Source of the DNA: Octopus sinensis
Lineage: Eukaryota
Reading direction: 5' to 3'
NCBI RefSeq assembly: GCF_006345805.1
Contig: NC_043011.1
Coordinates: 37,708,464-37,772,463, forward strand
DNA length: 64,000 bases
Shown: piece after piece, positions 41,370 to 54,719 of the stretch
How the letters are laid out: each line of letters opens with the position of its first letter
Position numbering within the stretch: the stretch's first letter is position 1
The notes under the pieces: generated by a model
What the model saw: the letters and a program-made list of their open reading frames with translations, nothing else
Database searches by the model: none
Told to the model about the DNA's origin: nothing
Made by a program: the position numbers and the translations under genes

Positions 41370-41770
41370 GGCGCAGGAGTGGCCGTGTGGTAAGTAGCTT
41401 GTTTACCAACCACATGGTTCCGGGTTCAATTCCACTGCGTGGCACCTTGGGCAAGTGTCTTCTACTATAGCCTCGGGCCGACCAAAGGCCTGTGAGTGAA
41501 TTTGGTAGACGGAAACTGAAAGAAGCCTGTCGTATATATGTATATATATATGAGTGTATGTGTGTCTGTGTTTGTCCCCCTAGCATTGCTTGACAACCGA
41601 TGCTGGTGTGTTTATGTCCCCGTTACTTAGCGGTTGGCAAAAGAGACCGATATAATAAGTACTGGGCTTACAAAAGAATAAGTCTCGGGATCGAATTGCT
41701 CGATTAAAGGCGGTGCTCCAGCATGGCCGCAGTCAAATGACTGAAACAAGTAAAAGAGTAAAAGAGAGTA
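41370..41770 (+). mobile_element. Full-length SINE, head-to-head with 40900-41321
   Basis: Same family in the opposite orientation with a ~48-nt spacer. Confidence 0.92.
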
Positions 41771-42525
41771 AGCAATATTAGTTTTTGTTTTATATTTTAA
41801 TATATTTTTTACTGAAAATCCTCATCGCATATCAGAGGTCGAGTTAGTTTGACTCTCTACTGATCAAAATTACAAACAAGCTATTTTTTGTTCAAATTCG
41901 AAACATTGAAATGTGAAATAAAAGTAAATTTTTGTTAAGTTATTTTTGTTTTGCTTATGCTTTCTTCTCTATTTCTAACTCACATCATATTGCGTTTCTT
42001 AAATGCTGTTAATCTAATTCGCTATGCTTCATATCAACTACAATATTCTGAAATTTTTCTATATTCTTTTTTATTGGATACCATATAGATGTTTTCTTTG
42101 GATGTTCAATATCTGAGGAATATCTTCCTTTGATATATTTACCTGTCTTTGTTATTTACCATATTCCTTTCGTGCTCAGATCTCGGTTCTTTCAATACCA
42201 CTGGGGTTTTTTTCTTCTTGTTTTTCTGTACAATCCTTGTTGACTATGCTTTTTCACAGCAATAAACAATTAACAGCTGTAGTAGCTCACACATTGTTTC
42301 CTTATGTTTATTGAAACGTGTTTCTGTATGAAATTGTCTTATATTTTTTGATAATTAACGGAGAAGACCTGTAGTGAGAGGCGATCTAGCTGTGACCTTT
42401 CCATTTTATCGAAGAAAGGAATGAATAGCAAGAATGACATTGAAATCGATAGCCACACTATCAAAGTAATTTCTGGTATGATCCCGGTGACTGTCTTTTT
42501 CAAGATTATTATATCCAGATATATA

Positions 42526-42902
42526 GGCGCAGGAGTGGCTGTGTGGTAAGTAGCTTGCTAACCAACCACACGGTTGCGGGTTCAGTCCCACTGCGTGGCA
42601 TCTTGGGCAAGTGTCTTCTGCTATAGCCCCGGGCCGACCAATGCCTTGTGAGTGGATTTGGTAGACGGAAACTGAAAGAAGCCTGTCGTATATATGTATA
42701 TATGTGTGTATGTGTGTTTGTGTGTCTGTGTTTGTCCCCCTAGCATTGCTTGACAACCGATGCTGGTGTGTTTATGTCCCCGTCACTTAGCGGTTCGGCA
42801 AAAAGAGACCGATAGAATAAGTACTAAAAGGTGGTGCTCCAGCATGGCCGCAGTCAAATGACTGAAACAAGTAAAAGAGTAAAGAGTAAAAGAGTAAAAG
42901 AG
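42526..42902 (+). mobile_element. Near full-length SINE (small internal deletion)
   Basis: Same family. Lacks the segment between ATAAGTACT and AAAGGTGGTGC. Confidence 0.92.
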
Positions 42903-43060
42903 ATAGACATTATGTAATGAATCTTTCATTGGGGAATAAGATACATTTTATTTCTCTCAGGCTGGATGATTTTGAGGCTTTCATTCATGTTTACCTTTTA
43001 GTAGCTGTGTTTCTTTTAGCATGATATTCACATATTATAAATTCAACAACTCTCGCATTG

Positions 43061-43631
43061 TATTGGGTTGTCCGGAAAGTTCGTGCCGATTTATAGTAGC
43101 TAAACCTCTGGACTTATTTTATAACATGGTTGAGTTCATAAAATAGGATTTAACTACACCTCCATTTAGGGCACAGTTTAAGCTATATTTTCGTGGAAGA
43201 AGGTTTATGTTCCTATAACCTGTGCTAATTCTGTAACCCTTTAAAATGGAAGATAAGTAAGTTCATTTTCGGCACTTGATGATTTGGGAACCAGACAAAA
43301 GTTACTACCGCTCGGGTGGCTTGTGTTAACCCACCCTCCATATTCACCAGATATTGCCCCTTCGGATTTGCACCAATTCAGGTCTCTGCAGAATAGTCTT
43401 AATGGTAAAAATTTCAATTCCTTGGATGACGTAAAAAGATACCTTGATGAATTCTTTGCCATGAAACCACCTCAATTCTGGGAAGAGGGTATTTTCAAGT
43501 TAAAGGAAAGATGGAGATGCATTGCGCAACAAAATGGCTCATATTTGGTTGATTAAAAATGTAATGGCAAGTACTTATTAACTTTTTTCTTTCCTTTAAA
43601 TATCGGTGCGAACATTCCGGACAACCCAATA
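43061..43631 (+). mobile_element. Internally deleted non-autonomous mariner, copy 2
   Basis: Same TIRs, length and deletion junction as 40263-40834. ORF 43284..43556 contains PPYSPDIAPSD. Confidence 0.93.
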
Positions 43632-43829
43632 TTATTTCATTGCTGATAGAATGGTTAGTGCGTCGGAGAAAATGCTTAACAGATTTATTCCGACTCTTTA
43701 CCATATCTCGGTTCATTGAAGAAAATAATAATCAGGAGGACTGATAAGGGTTCTAGGCATCAAAACTAATATCAACATGCGGTTATTTTATTGATGTTCA
43801 TACTACATTCCTAATGCTCCTGGTAACCG

Positions 43830-44420
43830 TGGTGTGTGTTCCAAATATCCATCCATTCAGCCATTTCCCACGCCCACTATTCCTGGGAGAGTCATAAAGG
43901 TAGTGTCCTATCAAAAGCAACCGCCATCACATGTTCCGACTGAATTCTCAAGCATCACTATCTGCACTATAACATTTATCCAACCATATCGCTCTTGGTT
44001 TACTACTAGATCTCCTGCCGTTTGGGTCGACTTGAAGAAATTTTGATTGCGATAGTTTCCACTGACTTGTTAATCATATATGCTTACCATTTGCATTATG
44101 ACCTCGTTATGCAGAGAAGTAGCAGGTCGACGCGGATGTTGAGCCAGTACGACTCTGTGATTCTCTTTCAGTGACGTTTTATCAGAGATCATGCAGAGGA
44201 ATTTCATTTCGATCGCTTGTATTTGCGATCATACTCTTTCGGTCATTGTCCAATATTCATGACTATAGGTGAGGGCAGGCACCAAAACCGAGTTGATAAC
44301 ATATTTGGCTTTCCCTACCAAAGTCTTTTCTTCTGGTGATTGACTGCTGAACCTGACACATTTCTGAGCTAGCCCCTCCAATTCCAGCTTCCAATTCAAC
44401 TCCCTGTCCCCTATCACACA
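43830..44420 (-). mobile_element. RTE-like LINE 3' fragment
   Basis: SVLVPALTYSHEYWTMTERVRSQIQAIEMKFL and SKPRAIWLD resemble the non-LTR RT C-terminus (LTY.SE.W...IQA.EM.FLR). Confidence 0.7.
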
Positions 44421-44873
44421 GCTGTTTAATTTATATGCATGCCTGCCTGCCCTAAAAACACTTATACAAAAAACCAGTACATTTATTTGAAAGTCAACAG
44501 AAAGAATATTTTATTGCTCTTCTTATCTAATATCTGATGCAAATCCTGTGACAAAATATTTGAACTAAGATATCTCAGCCTCCAACAACCTATCATCATT
44601 TCTTTCAGAAATTTCCTCTCAAATTTCGTTACTAAAATTTTCCTATTGAATTATGTTTTCTAAGCTATACAATTGAGATGGGAGAAAATAATTAAGTTAC
44701 TATTCCTAGCATACGGATTCCCAACGTAGAGGGTTCCTTGTAGTCTTGAGAAATACCTCATTTATATTTTCAGGTTGAAGTGGAATAACGCCTATTTAAT
44801 CACCATTAAAGTGTATTGTCGTACTTTCCTTATTTCAGATAATTCCTTTGATGTTTAGAAATAGACAATTACT

Positions 44874-44914
<41 letters not shown>

Positions 44915-45250
44915 TATATAATTAAGGGTTTAGCAAGAAGTTGCTACACCACATACCGAAAAATTAGAAATAGCAGCCAAGACTGACTTATTCCCTTAAC
45001 TGCAAATATAACTCCACAGACAGCAATGCACATAATTCACATAGGCAAACGAGACAAAATAACGGAAATAACCAGTCATTTGATTAATCATGTATGCGTT
45101 TCGGGATTAGAATTGTAAAATTCACTTCCACTCCTCAGCATGATATTTCAATATTATAAATTTGAAAATGCTAAACCTAACCTTCGCATCTCCGCCCAAC
45201 CGACATCGAAACATAACACAAGGTAACCAGCATTTCCGAATTTATATAGA
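44915..45250 (-). mobile_element. Diverged copy of the 15745-16260 hammerhead-bearing repeat
   Basis: AGGGTTTAGCAAGA...CATACCGAA...TTAGAAATAGCAGCCAA matches 15848-15905. Hammerhead at 45087-45144. Confidence 0.7.
45087..45144 (-). ncRNA. Degenerate type I hammerhead motif
   Basis: AUCAUG-CUGAGGA-[G...C]-GAAAC-GC-AUA-CAUGAU. Stem I is 6 bp and the triplet GUA is changed to AUA. Confidence 0.65.
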
Positions 45251-45385
45251 CAAGTAATTTCGCATCTCTCCATATAAATTTACCATCTGCGTCACAAGAC
45301 AGTACCGCAGAAAAAAATGCAGTTTGCTATCAGGGAGTGAAAAATTATCATTATATCTATATCTATAATAATTTTTTACACTATA

Positions 45386-45464
<79 letters not shown>

Positions 45465-45546
45465 GTGAAAAGGAACACACGAGTTGATATATATGAAAAA
45501 ACAAGTCAAGATAGAAAATGTTAAATTAATTTTATAAAGAACATTT

Positions 45547-45584
45547 CAGTACCTGTTTCGGTCATTTTGAGACCTTTTCAACTG
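45547..45584 (-). ncRNA. Minimal hammerhead motif, U3-A8 variant
   Basis: CAG-UUGAAAA-GGUC-UCAAAAU-GACC-GAAAC-AG-GUA-CUG. Confidence 0.62.
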
Positions 45585-45949
45585 TAACGATTAAATAATT
45601 AAATTTAGAAAAATTAAAAGAAAAGTTTTTTTAGAGGAATATTTGTATAGTGTTCAAATATAAGTGGCATTCTGCGTAGGTGTTATACTAAAAAGCATTA
45701 GTGATAAAGTTAAGAGGTAGAAGGTGGAGCTTCTTCTTCTTCTTCTTCTTCTTCTTCTTCTTCTTCTTCTTCTTCTTCTTCTTCTTCTTCTTCTTCTTCT
45801 TCTTCTTCTTCTTCTTCTTCTTCTTCTTCTCCTACTTCTTCTTCAGAGACAGAGAAAGGCAGAATGCCACTAATATTTGAACACTATACAAATATTCCTT
45901 TAAAAAAACTTTTCTTTTAATTTTTCTAAATTTAATTATTTAATCGTTA

Positions 45950-45987
45950 CAGTTGAAAAGGTCTCAAAATGACCGAAACCGGTACTG
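45950..45987 (+). ncRNA. Minimal hammerhead motif, U3-A8 variant
   Basis: CAG-UUGAAAA-GGUC-UCAAAAU-GACC-GAAAC-CG-GUA-CUG, with palindromic stem III ACCGGU. Confidence 0.68.
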
Positions 45988-46042
45988 AAATGTTCTTTAT
46001 AAAATTATTTTAGCATTTTTTATCTTGACTTGTTTTTTCATA

Positions 46043-46095
<53 letters not shown>

Positions 46096-46525
46096 ATATA
46101 TATACATATATTTAAAGCTTATACGCGATTATAGGCGAATCTATATGTAACTACTGTCTATATGTATGTGTATGTCTTTGTATCAGTATACGTGTATCAC
46201 TTCTCTCTCAGGATCTTTAATAACAAAAATCTACATGTGCAAACATTCAGTAGAAATGCATAAACGTGTAGATGCATGCAAGTTAATTCTTCATCACAGG
46301 CATCATTTACAGCACAGCTCACCTCAGCATCCAAACTCTTCCATACAAACACGCACACACACATACAATCATACACACATACGCACCCATGTACGAACAC
46401 GAATATGCGTATATTTATATATACAGACAATTAGAAGGATAGATAAATAGACAGATTGATAGATAGATAGATAGATAGATATATAGATGGACAGATAGAC
46501 AGACTGATAGATCGATTGATAGATT

Positions 46526-46563
<38 letters not shown>

Positions 46564-46600
46564 ATGACAGACAGACAGACAGATAGGTAGATGGATAGAC

Positions 46601-46652
<52 letters not shown>

Positions 46653-47624
46653 TATATACATTTATACGAAGACAAAAATATATGTATGTGTGTGTATGTA
46701 TACCTATATACATATATACATATATTCATTCTATGTAATAGATTATCATTATCCTCCTCTTAGATAATTTCAATAACCACCACTGATATTCCAAGAAGCA
46801 TGGTATTGTATTTCTCTTTAAACATCCTTTATATTTTAAAACGTGCTTCAACAGGTCAAATCATTTTGTTTCCGTATTTATAAGTGCTGTTGTTCTCAAA
46901 GACAAAATGCAATCGGATAGTTAAGTTTATAATTACTAATGTCTTCTAATAGAAGATTCATCTTTGTAAAAGCATTTTTTTTTTTTTACTTTGTCTTTAA
47001 AGGATAATGAAATCATTGCAAAAGAATTGATATAGTCATTCTTCAATACAGTTCCAACATCAATACCACGAGAAACCTTCAATAAATTTTCTTATTCGTG
47101 CATGTGTGTGAATGTGTTTTTGTGTGTATATATGTGCTTTGTTTTATTTTGTTCTAGATTTTTCTGTTGGTTAAACAAACATGCAAACTTACAATGGAAC
47201 ATTTTCTGTTAGTGATGTTGTAAAATGATCAATTTCCTTAGAAACAGTCAGGATTTAATCATTTGTTAGATCTCCTAAAAGGAGGCTGCTAATAAAACCT
47301 TTAGTCCTCCTGAGATGATGAAATGGACACTTGAGGATGAAGTCATTGTAAGCCAAACTAAGTTTGCACGTATTATATTTTCTTCTGCTATCAATGGATT
47401 TACCTTGAAATAGGAAACTGTTGTTTCCTTTATAGTTATTCAGTCTTTGCATTTATAAGCCTCCTTTGTGAAAATACGAAATGAAATGAAGTAATTGTTG
47501 AGAAATCCTATCTCATTTCTATAAATGTTAAACAACATTAACTTGCGTAATAATTACTGCGTTCAATACAAAAGACATGTAAATGGGACTAGCTAGTGAG
47601 TGTGGATTATAGTAGTAGATCATA

Positions 47625-47790
47625 GGGAGGCAGTGAGTTAGCAAAACCATTAGAGCTTCGGAAAAAAACTTGCTTTGTGGTATCTAGTCCATTTCTTCTC
47701 ACTCTGAGTTCGTATTCCAGCGAGGTAATTCCAATATTCATCCTCTGACAAAAGCACCAGTTTAAATTATAGGCTTGATATTATTGACTA
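47625..47790 (+). mobile_element. Highly degenerate Deu/Nin-like SINE
   Basis: GGCAGTGAGTTAGCAAAACCATTAG...CTCTGAGTTCGTATTCC...TTCATCC. Confidence 0.5.
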
Positions 47791-49457
47791 AACACCTTCC
47801 ATTATTAGTTCTGTCCGTGTGTTTACAGAGGTAACCGGCATTGAATTGGCTTACATGCTGTTTAATTACGACTTTGTACCTTCTGAGATAAATCTCACCA
47901 GGTATTTAATAACTTCCTTCTTTACTGCTTCGACAAAATACTTACCAACCAAGTTCAGGGCTCAACCTTAAGTGACTATATTATCATCAACCCCAACATA
48001 CAACCCAAGGCTGTATACCAGTGAGAAACGCCTATGACTATCGTGTAGCAAGTAATCAAAACTTTACTGAATCTTGAAGCAATTTAAGAAATGACATAAT
48101 TTTAGTTCAAAACCAGAAACTAAAAATTCACGTGTGTTTGGAATGTAGTTTAATCTGATTTTAGAAAGAATTTTTTCTCAAAATATTTCATTTTGGAAGC
48201 ATATGTGTTCCTATTTATTGAATGTCTTTAGATATTTTTGCTGCTTCGAATCTGGGGTTAGATGGTGGCTAAACTACAGCGAGCCATGTGTTAAATTTCG
48301 GTGTTATTTATTAATAAATCATAATTGATTAGTTATGTCCAGGGAGAGTCATTATGCCAAAAGTTTTGTTATAATGATTCTCCCTAGACACAATCAAATG
48401 TGCTTCAATACAGAAATTTCCATAAAGAATCTTTCAAACTAGATACGATAATTGATTAGTTATTCTTGCTTTAATAATAAACAGAGAGTTCCGAATTCAT
48501 GAAGATAATTAACAATATATTATTTTAGTATCATGTCTACGTAACAAGAAAAGATATTTTACAAATATATTTGAAAGCACCTACGTTGAAATGAATATAC
48601 TTGTATTCCACCTACTAGGACAGATGACGGAATGTGACGACAGGTGAACAAAACAAGTAAAGCCAGTTTTCATAATGAACACACCAGCATTCCTTACCTT
48701 GTCACCAGTCTTCATACAAATCTAAGCACTCGGTATATATTTATGATTTTTATATTAAAATCTTTTTGTTTCCTCATAGAACAGGAAGACTTACGCAAAG
48801 AAAATCCTACGGGAGTATTGTTTGTTATTTCTGTTTCTAAGAGTTCGTGCTCTTGAGAAAATCTCGGAAAAACCTTTGGCAGATATTCGACTGAAAAAAT
48901 GGGCACAATAAGAACGAAACACCAGCATAAATTATAAGTGGGAAAACTCTATGGTTTCTGTTATAATTCATGCAATTTATGTATATTTATCTGTGTTTGT
49001 ATGTACTTCTATAATTTATGTATCGTATATAGCTTAGCTTATATATTTCTCTATATTTGTATAGCATTTTGGTTTCTCTGTAGATTTACATATATTGACA
49101 CGTTTACAATTTAATGCAAATTTTATAATTTTGTAGTTTATAATTTTATCATTTTACTTTATATTTTATGATTATTCTCGATTTCCATTCATCTGAACTC
49201 TCTGTATAGAATTAAATTTGGTAGCTCAATTGGAGTGGAATCTTCCATTAAATATGGTTTGCTTTAACATCGCCTCTCGCCCGGTCCTCTAATTAAACTT
49301 CTTGGTTTCATAGAAAAGTCAGCGCTCGATGAACGTACTTGCCATGTACCTGAAACTATTCTAAGCGTGTGTAATGCATGTGGAGTGAAGCACATACCTT
49401 AATATTGGGCTCTCACTAGATGGAGTATTCTTCTTGTTGAACATTTTACGCAATACA

Positions 49458-49504
<47 letters not shown>

Positions 49505-49506
<2 letters not shown>

Positions 49507-49650
49507 AAAAAAAACACACAAATTTCCACACGATAGCACGTGATCTCTGCCCTAGGCATGTAGCTTCAACCGTGTTTTTCTGACGTGAATTTGCTACCCA
49601 GGTATCGGTTAACCGAATTATCCATAATAAGATAATTCCTTCAACTACTC
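49505..49650. repeat. ~150-bp TA-embedded repeat, copy 2
   Basis: Matches 15495-15645. Confidence 0.85.
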
Positions 49651-49687
<37 letters not shown>

Positions 49688-49922
49688 TCCGAATAAATGT
49701 AATTATATGATAAGATCTAGAGTTGTCTACCAGAAATCTATTATTTTTCTTACAATATAGTTTTACTTTCACAAAGGTGACAATGGTCCCTATATTTTTA
49801 AAGGGTATATTTTCCTCTCTGATGGATAGTTTCTATCATTGGCGTGTAGCAATCTCTGTCTACCTATCTGTCCCTATACGCACACATACTCATATCTATA
49901 CGTATTTAATACATCCATACAG

Positions 49923-49965
<43 letters not shown>

Positions 49966-50289
49966 TCCTTCATGACTATATAACACAGTAATAATGCAAT
50001 AATTAGTATTCAACATGATTTTATTCGTTCTCGTAATTTTCGTTATTCCCTTGCTTATTGCAATAATGTATGCACTAATTTCTACTAATTGTCTTTCGTA
50101 ACAGCTGAGACTTAACGTACGCATTTTATCTTGAGATCAAGTATTCGTGAAATGGTTATATTTCTCTGCATCAAGTAAAATGATTTCTTGCAAAATACAG
50201 ACTTATCAGGGATTTGAACAATCAGAATATGTCGAAAAGCCTCTTGAATATACGTCAAATGCTAGAAGTTCATAGAGAATAGCATTTTG

Positions 50290-50450
50290 GGCGCAGGAGT
50301 AGCTTGCTTACCAACCACATGGTCCCCTGTTCAGTCCCACTGCGTGGCACCTTGGGAAAGTGCCTTCTACCATAGCGTCGAGCCGACCAAAGCCTTGTGA
50401 GTAGATTTGGTAGACGGAAACTGAAAGAAGCCCGTCGTATATATGTATAT
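50290..50450 (+). mobile_element. 5' half of GGCGCAGGAGT SINE
   Basis: Runs from the head to AAGAAGCCCGTCG, then breaks at the (TA) tract. Confidence 0.88.
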
Positions 50451-50569
50451 ATATATATATAACGTTAATCCAAACATGAAAACACAAAGAGAAAACACAA
50501 CAATGTGAGATCGTGTAACAAGCATAGTGTTATTCTTGGACGCTCAGGAAAGGAGAGAAAGAATGAGGA

Positions 50570-50621
<52 letters not shown>

Positions 50622-51049
50622 TATATCTATCTGTCAATCTCTGTATCACCCTCTCTCTGTCTGTTTGTATATATATATATAGTTTGTGTGGTGGTGACAA
50701 CAGTCTGGGGATTGCGTAATTGAACTGTACCGCCCGATGAAAGAGAAATTTTCCTGCTCTGGTCATGGTGAGGAATATCGCCTCCGGTAATTTGGAGCAG
50801 CATAGCAGGTGTGAAACTTTGGCGGAAAAACTATAAACCTGCTGCACAAGAAGTTGGGCAGAGAAATCCAAAACAGATCAACGGCCAGGGTAAACTAGTT
50901 CAGTGAGAGAAATGCTGTGATCTTCAATAGACGTGGCGCACACTGTTGATTATACTGAACTATCGAAAGACTAGTCATGACCATAGATCATTCCAGAAAC
51001 TCATACTGTACCGATCGTCGCGCCGATTACCAAGGGTCACATCCCAGTT

Positions 51050-52178
51050 AGCCTTGAGTTCCACACATTTGTTTCCATCAGTGTTGCAGTGCTGGATCCC
51101 ATTGGTGAAGAGGCTTTCATCCTGTTGATCACAACAGACATCAACAGCAGATATGACGTCATTACAACTGCGTTACTGGTTCCCAGCTTTTTTTCTTTTG
51201 TTTTTCATATTGGGGAACAGATGATAGTTAGATGGGGCCAAATCAGAAGAAGGGGAAGAACGAGCATCTAGTTCAATGTCACAGTCCCACACAGTAGCAA
51301 CTGAAACCATGGACTGTGTGTTGGAACTTTGTCCTGATGCAACAGGACCCCTTTCGTCCGTTTGTCTGGGCATTTGGTCTTCATAGCTTTTCATATCTGA
51401 TTCTACAAGCTGGCATATTACTTTCTGTAGCCGGTGTAGCCATTTTGAAGACAATGAAAGGCAGGTGAAGAGAAGTGTTTCCACTACATGGATTGTCTCT
51501 TTGTCTATGACTCACATTAGTGAACCCAATACTGATCTTGACTATGTAAATGTTCAAGGCAACGACCTGGATCTGCCTCAAACATTGTCAGATTTTCCAT
51601 GAAGTGATGAGGCCGGTGTGCTTTTGATCAGGTGTCAGAAAACGTGGCACCTACAGAGCAAAGACCTTCGTCATGCCAAGCTCATTGTGGAGAATATTCT
51701 CAACTCTCTCACGGGATATACTATTAGCCTTCGTTATTTCATTTATTGTCAATCGCTTGTCATCTATCAACATGTGGTAAACGCGATCAATGTTTTCCTC
51801 AGTAGTGGCGGTTGCATGACGTGTACACTTCGAGTCATCTTCAACACACTCCCTTCCTTTACAAAATTCAGCTGCTCACTTTTGCACTGTTGAGAGAGCT
51901 GGAGCGTTATCCTGGAATATAGCAACCATGTTAGTATGAATATTATTGGGGGAACCACGATGTCAATCTCTATTTTCCATTTTCCATTTGTCCATTTGCA
52001 AGAGAGTCGCTGCAGGTTACATTTGAATTCTTCTTTGAATAATCAGATATCAGTTTACTTTGAAAGGCAACAATAATAAAAATCTGAATAAGATGTTGAA
52101 ATTAATGCTTTCACGATTTCACAGCTCTAGCATCACTCCTTCAAAGTCTTCCTACGACTTTTGAAGCCCACCCGCGTA
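51050..52178 (-). mobile_element. Decayed mariner, 3' TIR not found
   Basis: 5' TIR-like TACGCGGGTGGGCTTCAAAAG at 52178. Minus-strand remnants TEENIDRV, RLTINEI, LHNELGMTKV, GVLLHQD and DLAPSNYHLFP. Confidence 0.8.
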
Positions 52179-52751
52179 ATCATGAAACCAAGCAAATAAT
52201 GAATAATGAGGTTCCAAATAGCGCTGATGACAAGGCCGGCCGATCACACAGGAGAAGAAAATATAATGAGTTGAATTTCATTCATATAATAAAGAAAATT
52301 ATAAGTAAGTAGATGTGGCGTCATCGTATGTTTTACACAAGCTTGCTTGTTCAGTGATCAATTAGCTGGCAGTAGCTAGAGGAAAAAATAAACTGAAATA
52401 ATTTCAGGAAGTCGGATAGCTTTTAGTGGCTTTTACTCGAAAAGAGCAAATTGCATGAGTGTGTATGACATGAAAAGTTGTCGATAAAAGCTTACATAAA
52501 CTGTACTCTCTTATGCTCGCAGAAAAGCACACAAACAAAAGTACAAAAGAGTTTGTGTTTGTGTGTCGGCTACTGTGTGTGTATGTGTGTGTGTTTGCGT
52601 ATGTGTGTGTCTCCTTATGAATGTGTATGTGTGTGTGTGTATTTATATAAAGAGGGAGAGAAAGTGAGAATTTCAGTCAGAAAAATAGAGAGACAGAGAT
52701 GGCGTGTAAGAGAAGACAGTGATATTGATAATAAACGATGGCTGCAATATG

Positions 52752-53640
52752 TACGAGTGGATACCGGAAAGAAACCGGAATTTTGCAGTAGTATTTTATT
52801 CATTTAGTTTTACTTGTTTACACTTTTATCCCCTACAAACCTATTCTCCAGTTGAAGCAATGCATCAGTCCACGTGCGTTTTCCACTGTTCGAAACAGTG
52901 CTGGAACATTTGGAAAGTGATGCCTTTTAACGCCTCCGTCGTTTTTCCCTTTCATCTCTTTCATATCTGCAAATTCCGTGGTACCAGGTTCCATCACCAG
53001 TGAAGAACTGAGAAAATAGGCCCGGATCAACTTCTAGCTGTTCTTTCAGTTCACGAATCACATTCAGTCATGACCCCTTTTGATCTTCCATGAGGAAGCG
53101 AGAAACATATTTTGCTGCAACTCATTTCATTTGCAATTCCACGCTCAGAATTCGTTGGCTGGAGCTCCGGGACACACCCGCCATATCAACAAGTGCGTCA
53201 ATTGTTCGGTGACGGTCCTCCAAGATCATTTCAGGAGTTCTCTTGGTGTTTTCATTCGTTCGGGATGTCGATGGTTGACCTGAAAGAGGTTGGTTTTCAA
53301 GCGACAAATGACAATTCCTAAAGCGTGGAAACCACTGGTAAACTTATCTTTTGTTCCTGGCAGCGACCTTGAAAACTGTTTGAAGCATGAAAACTGTTAC
53401 AGCTGCCGTTTTCCCCACCAGAAAATAGAATTTCGTTTCAGTCATCGCAAAAATTGACGAACACGGGAGAAACACTGCAATACAAAGACACAGCACGTGG
53501 CAGTACGACTTCATCCGACGGTACCATTCGGCAGAGTTATGACTGAAGGTCGCATCAAGTGTCTTCTACCGGTGCAGGCCTGAGCTACAACGAGTTTGTC
53601 CACAGAGAAGTTTTCCGTTTACTTTGGGTAACCCCTCGTA
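52752..53640 (-). mobile_element. Internally deleted mariner with both TIRs
   Basis: TACGAGTGGATACCGGAAAGAAACCGGAA and the reverse complement TACGAGGGGTTACCCAAAGTAAACGGAA. SLENQPLSGQPSTSRT...RHRTIDAL...FTGDGTW is joined directly to C-terminal residues. Confidence 0.88.
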
Positions 53641-54719
53641 TATACAAGAGAATTTATAAAACGCAAACCTTGCTATAATTTTCAACATGGTATGGTAATA
53701 ATATGATAAAATCCTGAGTGTGTATTAGTACTATCTGATATCTTTCGAAAAAGAATTATCGAGGCAAAGCCGATTCACGTCAGTATCAGACTGGCTTTTG
53801 CAAATGTATAAAGTGCTTTAGCACAGTAAAATAAGGTAAGATATATATATATATATATATCCGCGTATCATACAAGGTTTTTCTAGTGTAAAATACAGTT
53901 TTAAAATGCTCTGCAAGTTTTGCGGGGATTAAAAAGAGGTAACAACTTTCTATTTTGCTTATTCTGGAGAACCATCATAAAAATCATATCTATTTTCGAA
54001 TAATAAAGAGATTTTTAACGATAATCCGTAATGTATGGCATCGATGAAGAAGATACGATGGACCATAGGGAGCCTGCATAATGTTATCTTACATCATGAG
54101 TGAGCCGGAAAATGCTGTTTTACATTCAATATCATTTTTATTTTTTCCTATTCAATATAGCAGCATATCTAAAAGTGGAATGTGCTTTGTATGTCAATAT
54201 GAGACTAACGCATTTTGTATATTGAATTTTTTTTTGTTTCTTATATTTTAGAATGTTCTTTTTTTTCTTCTTCTCTTTATCTTTTTTCCTTATGCAGTTC
54301 TAGAACAACAACAGAGGATATAGCATTAGCCTTGAATTCAGCTTTTTACTCTCTTGCTACGCCTGTTTCGGCTTTATTTCTTTTTAACTATTGAAGCTAC
54401 TTCCAAAGACAGCTACTCTTCTACTTCAACTGAAGGAAGTGATATGCAATAGAAATGAAGACCAAGCAAAATTGTGAATAAATAAATAGGCAAATAAATA
54501 AATAAATGAATAAATAAGCGAGTAAATAAAGAAGGAATGAATGAATGAATAAAAATAGGAGTCTGTCAACAAAATATATACCATTTATTCATGGATAAGA
54601 TGCAAATCAAAAATATTTTGATAATTTCTTAGTTGCATAACTCCTATTTGAATCTAATCACGTAGAAATATGCCTAAAGGCGTTCCAGCAATGCCCATCA
54701 TGTACCATTTGCTATTCAT

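Larger units (their letters stand above)
45488..46046. repeat. ~188-bp inverted repeat enclosing a (CTT)n tract
   Basis: 45488-45675 is close to the reverse complement of 45859-46046. (CTT)n spans about 45730-45845. Confidence 0.95.

Noticed and set aside
42416-42476. Short plus-strand open frame (KGMNSKNDIEIDSHTIKVIS) ending at CTG|GTATGA
   Set aside because: The donor is good but the acceptor is uncertain and the peptide is unrecognised.
47277-47412. Open frame KEAANKTFSPPEMMKWTLEDEVIVSQTKFARIIFSSAINGFTLK
   Set aside because: Protein-like but short and bounded by stops. I cannot assign it to a gene or transposase.
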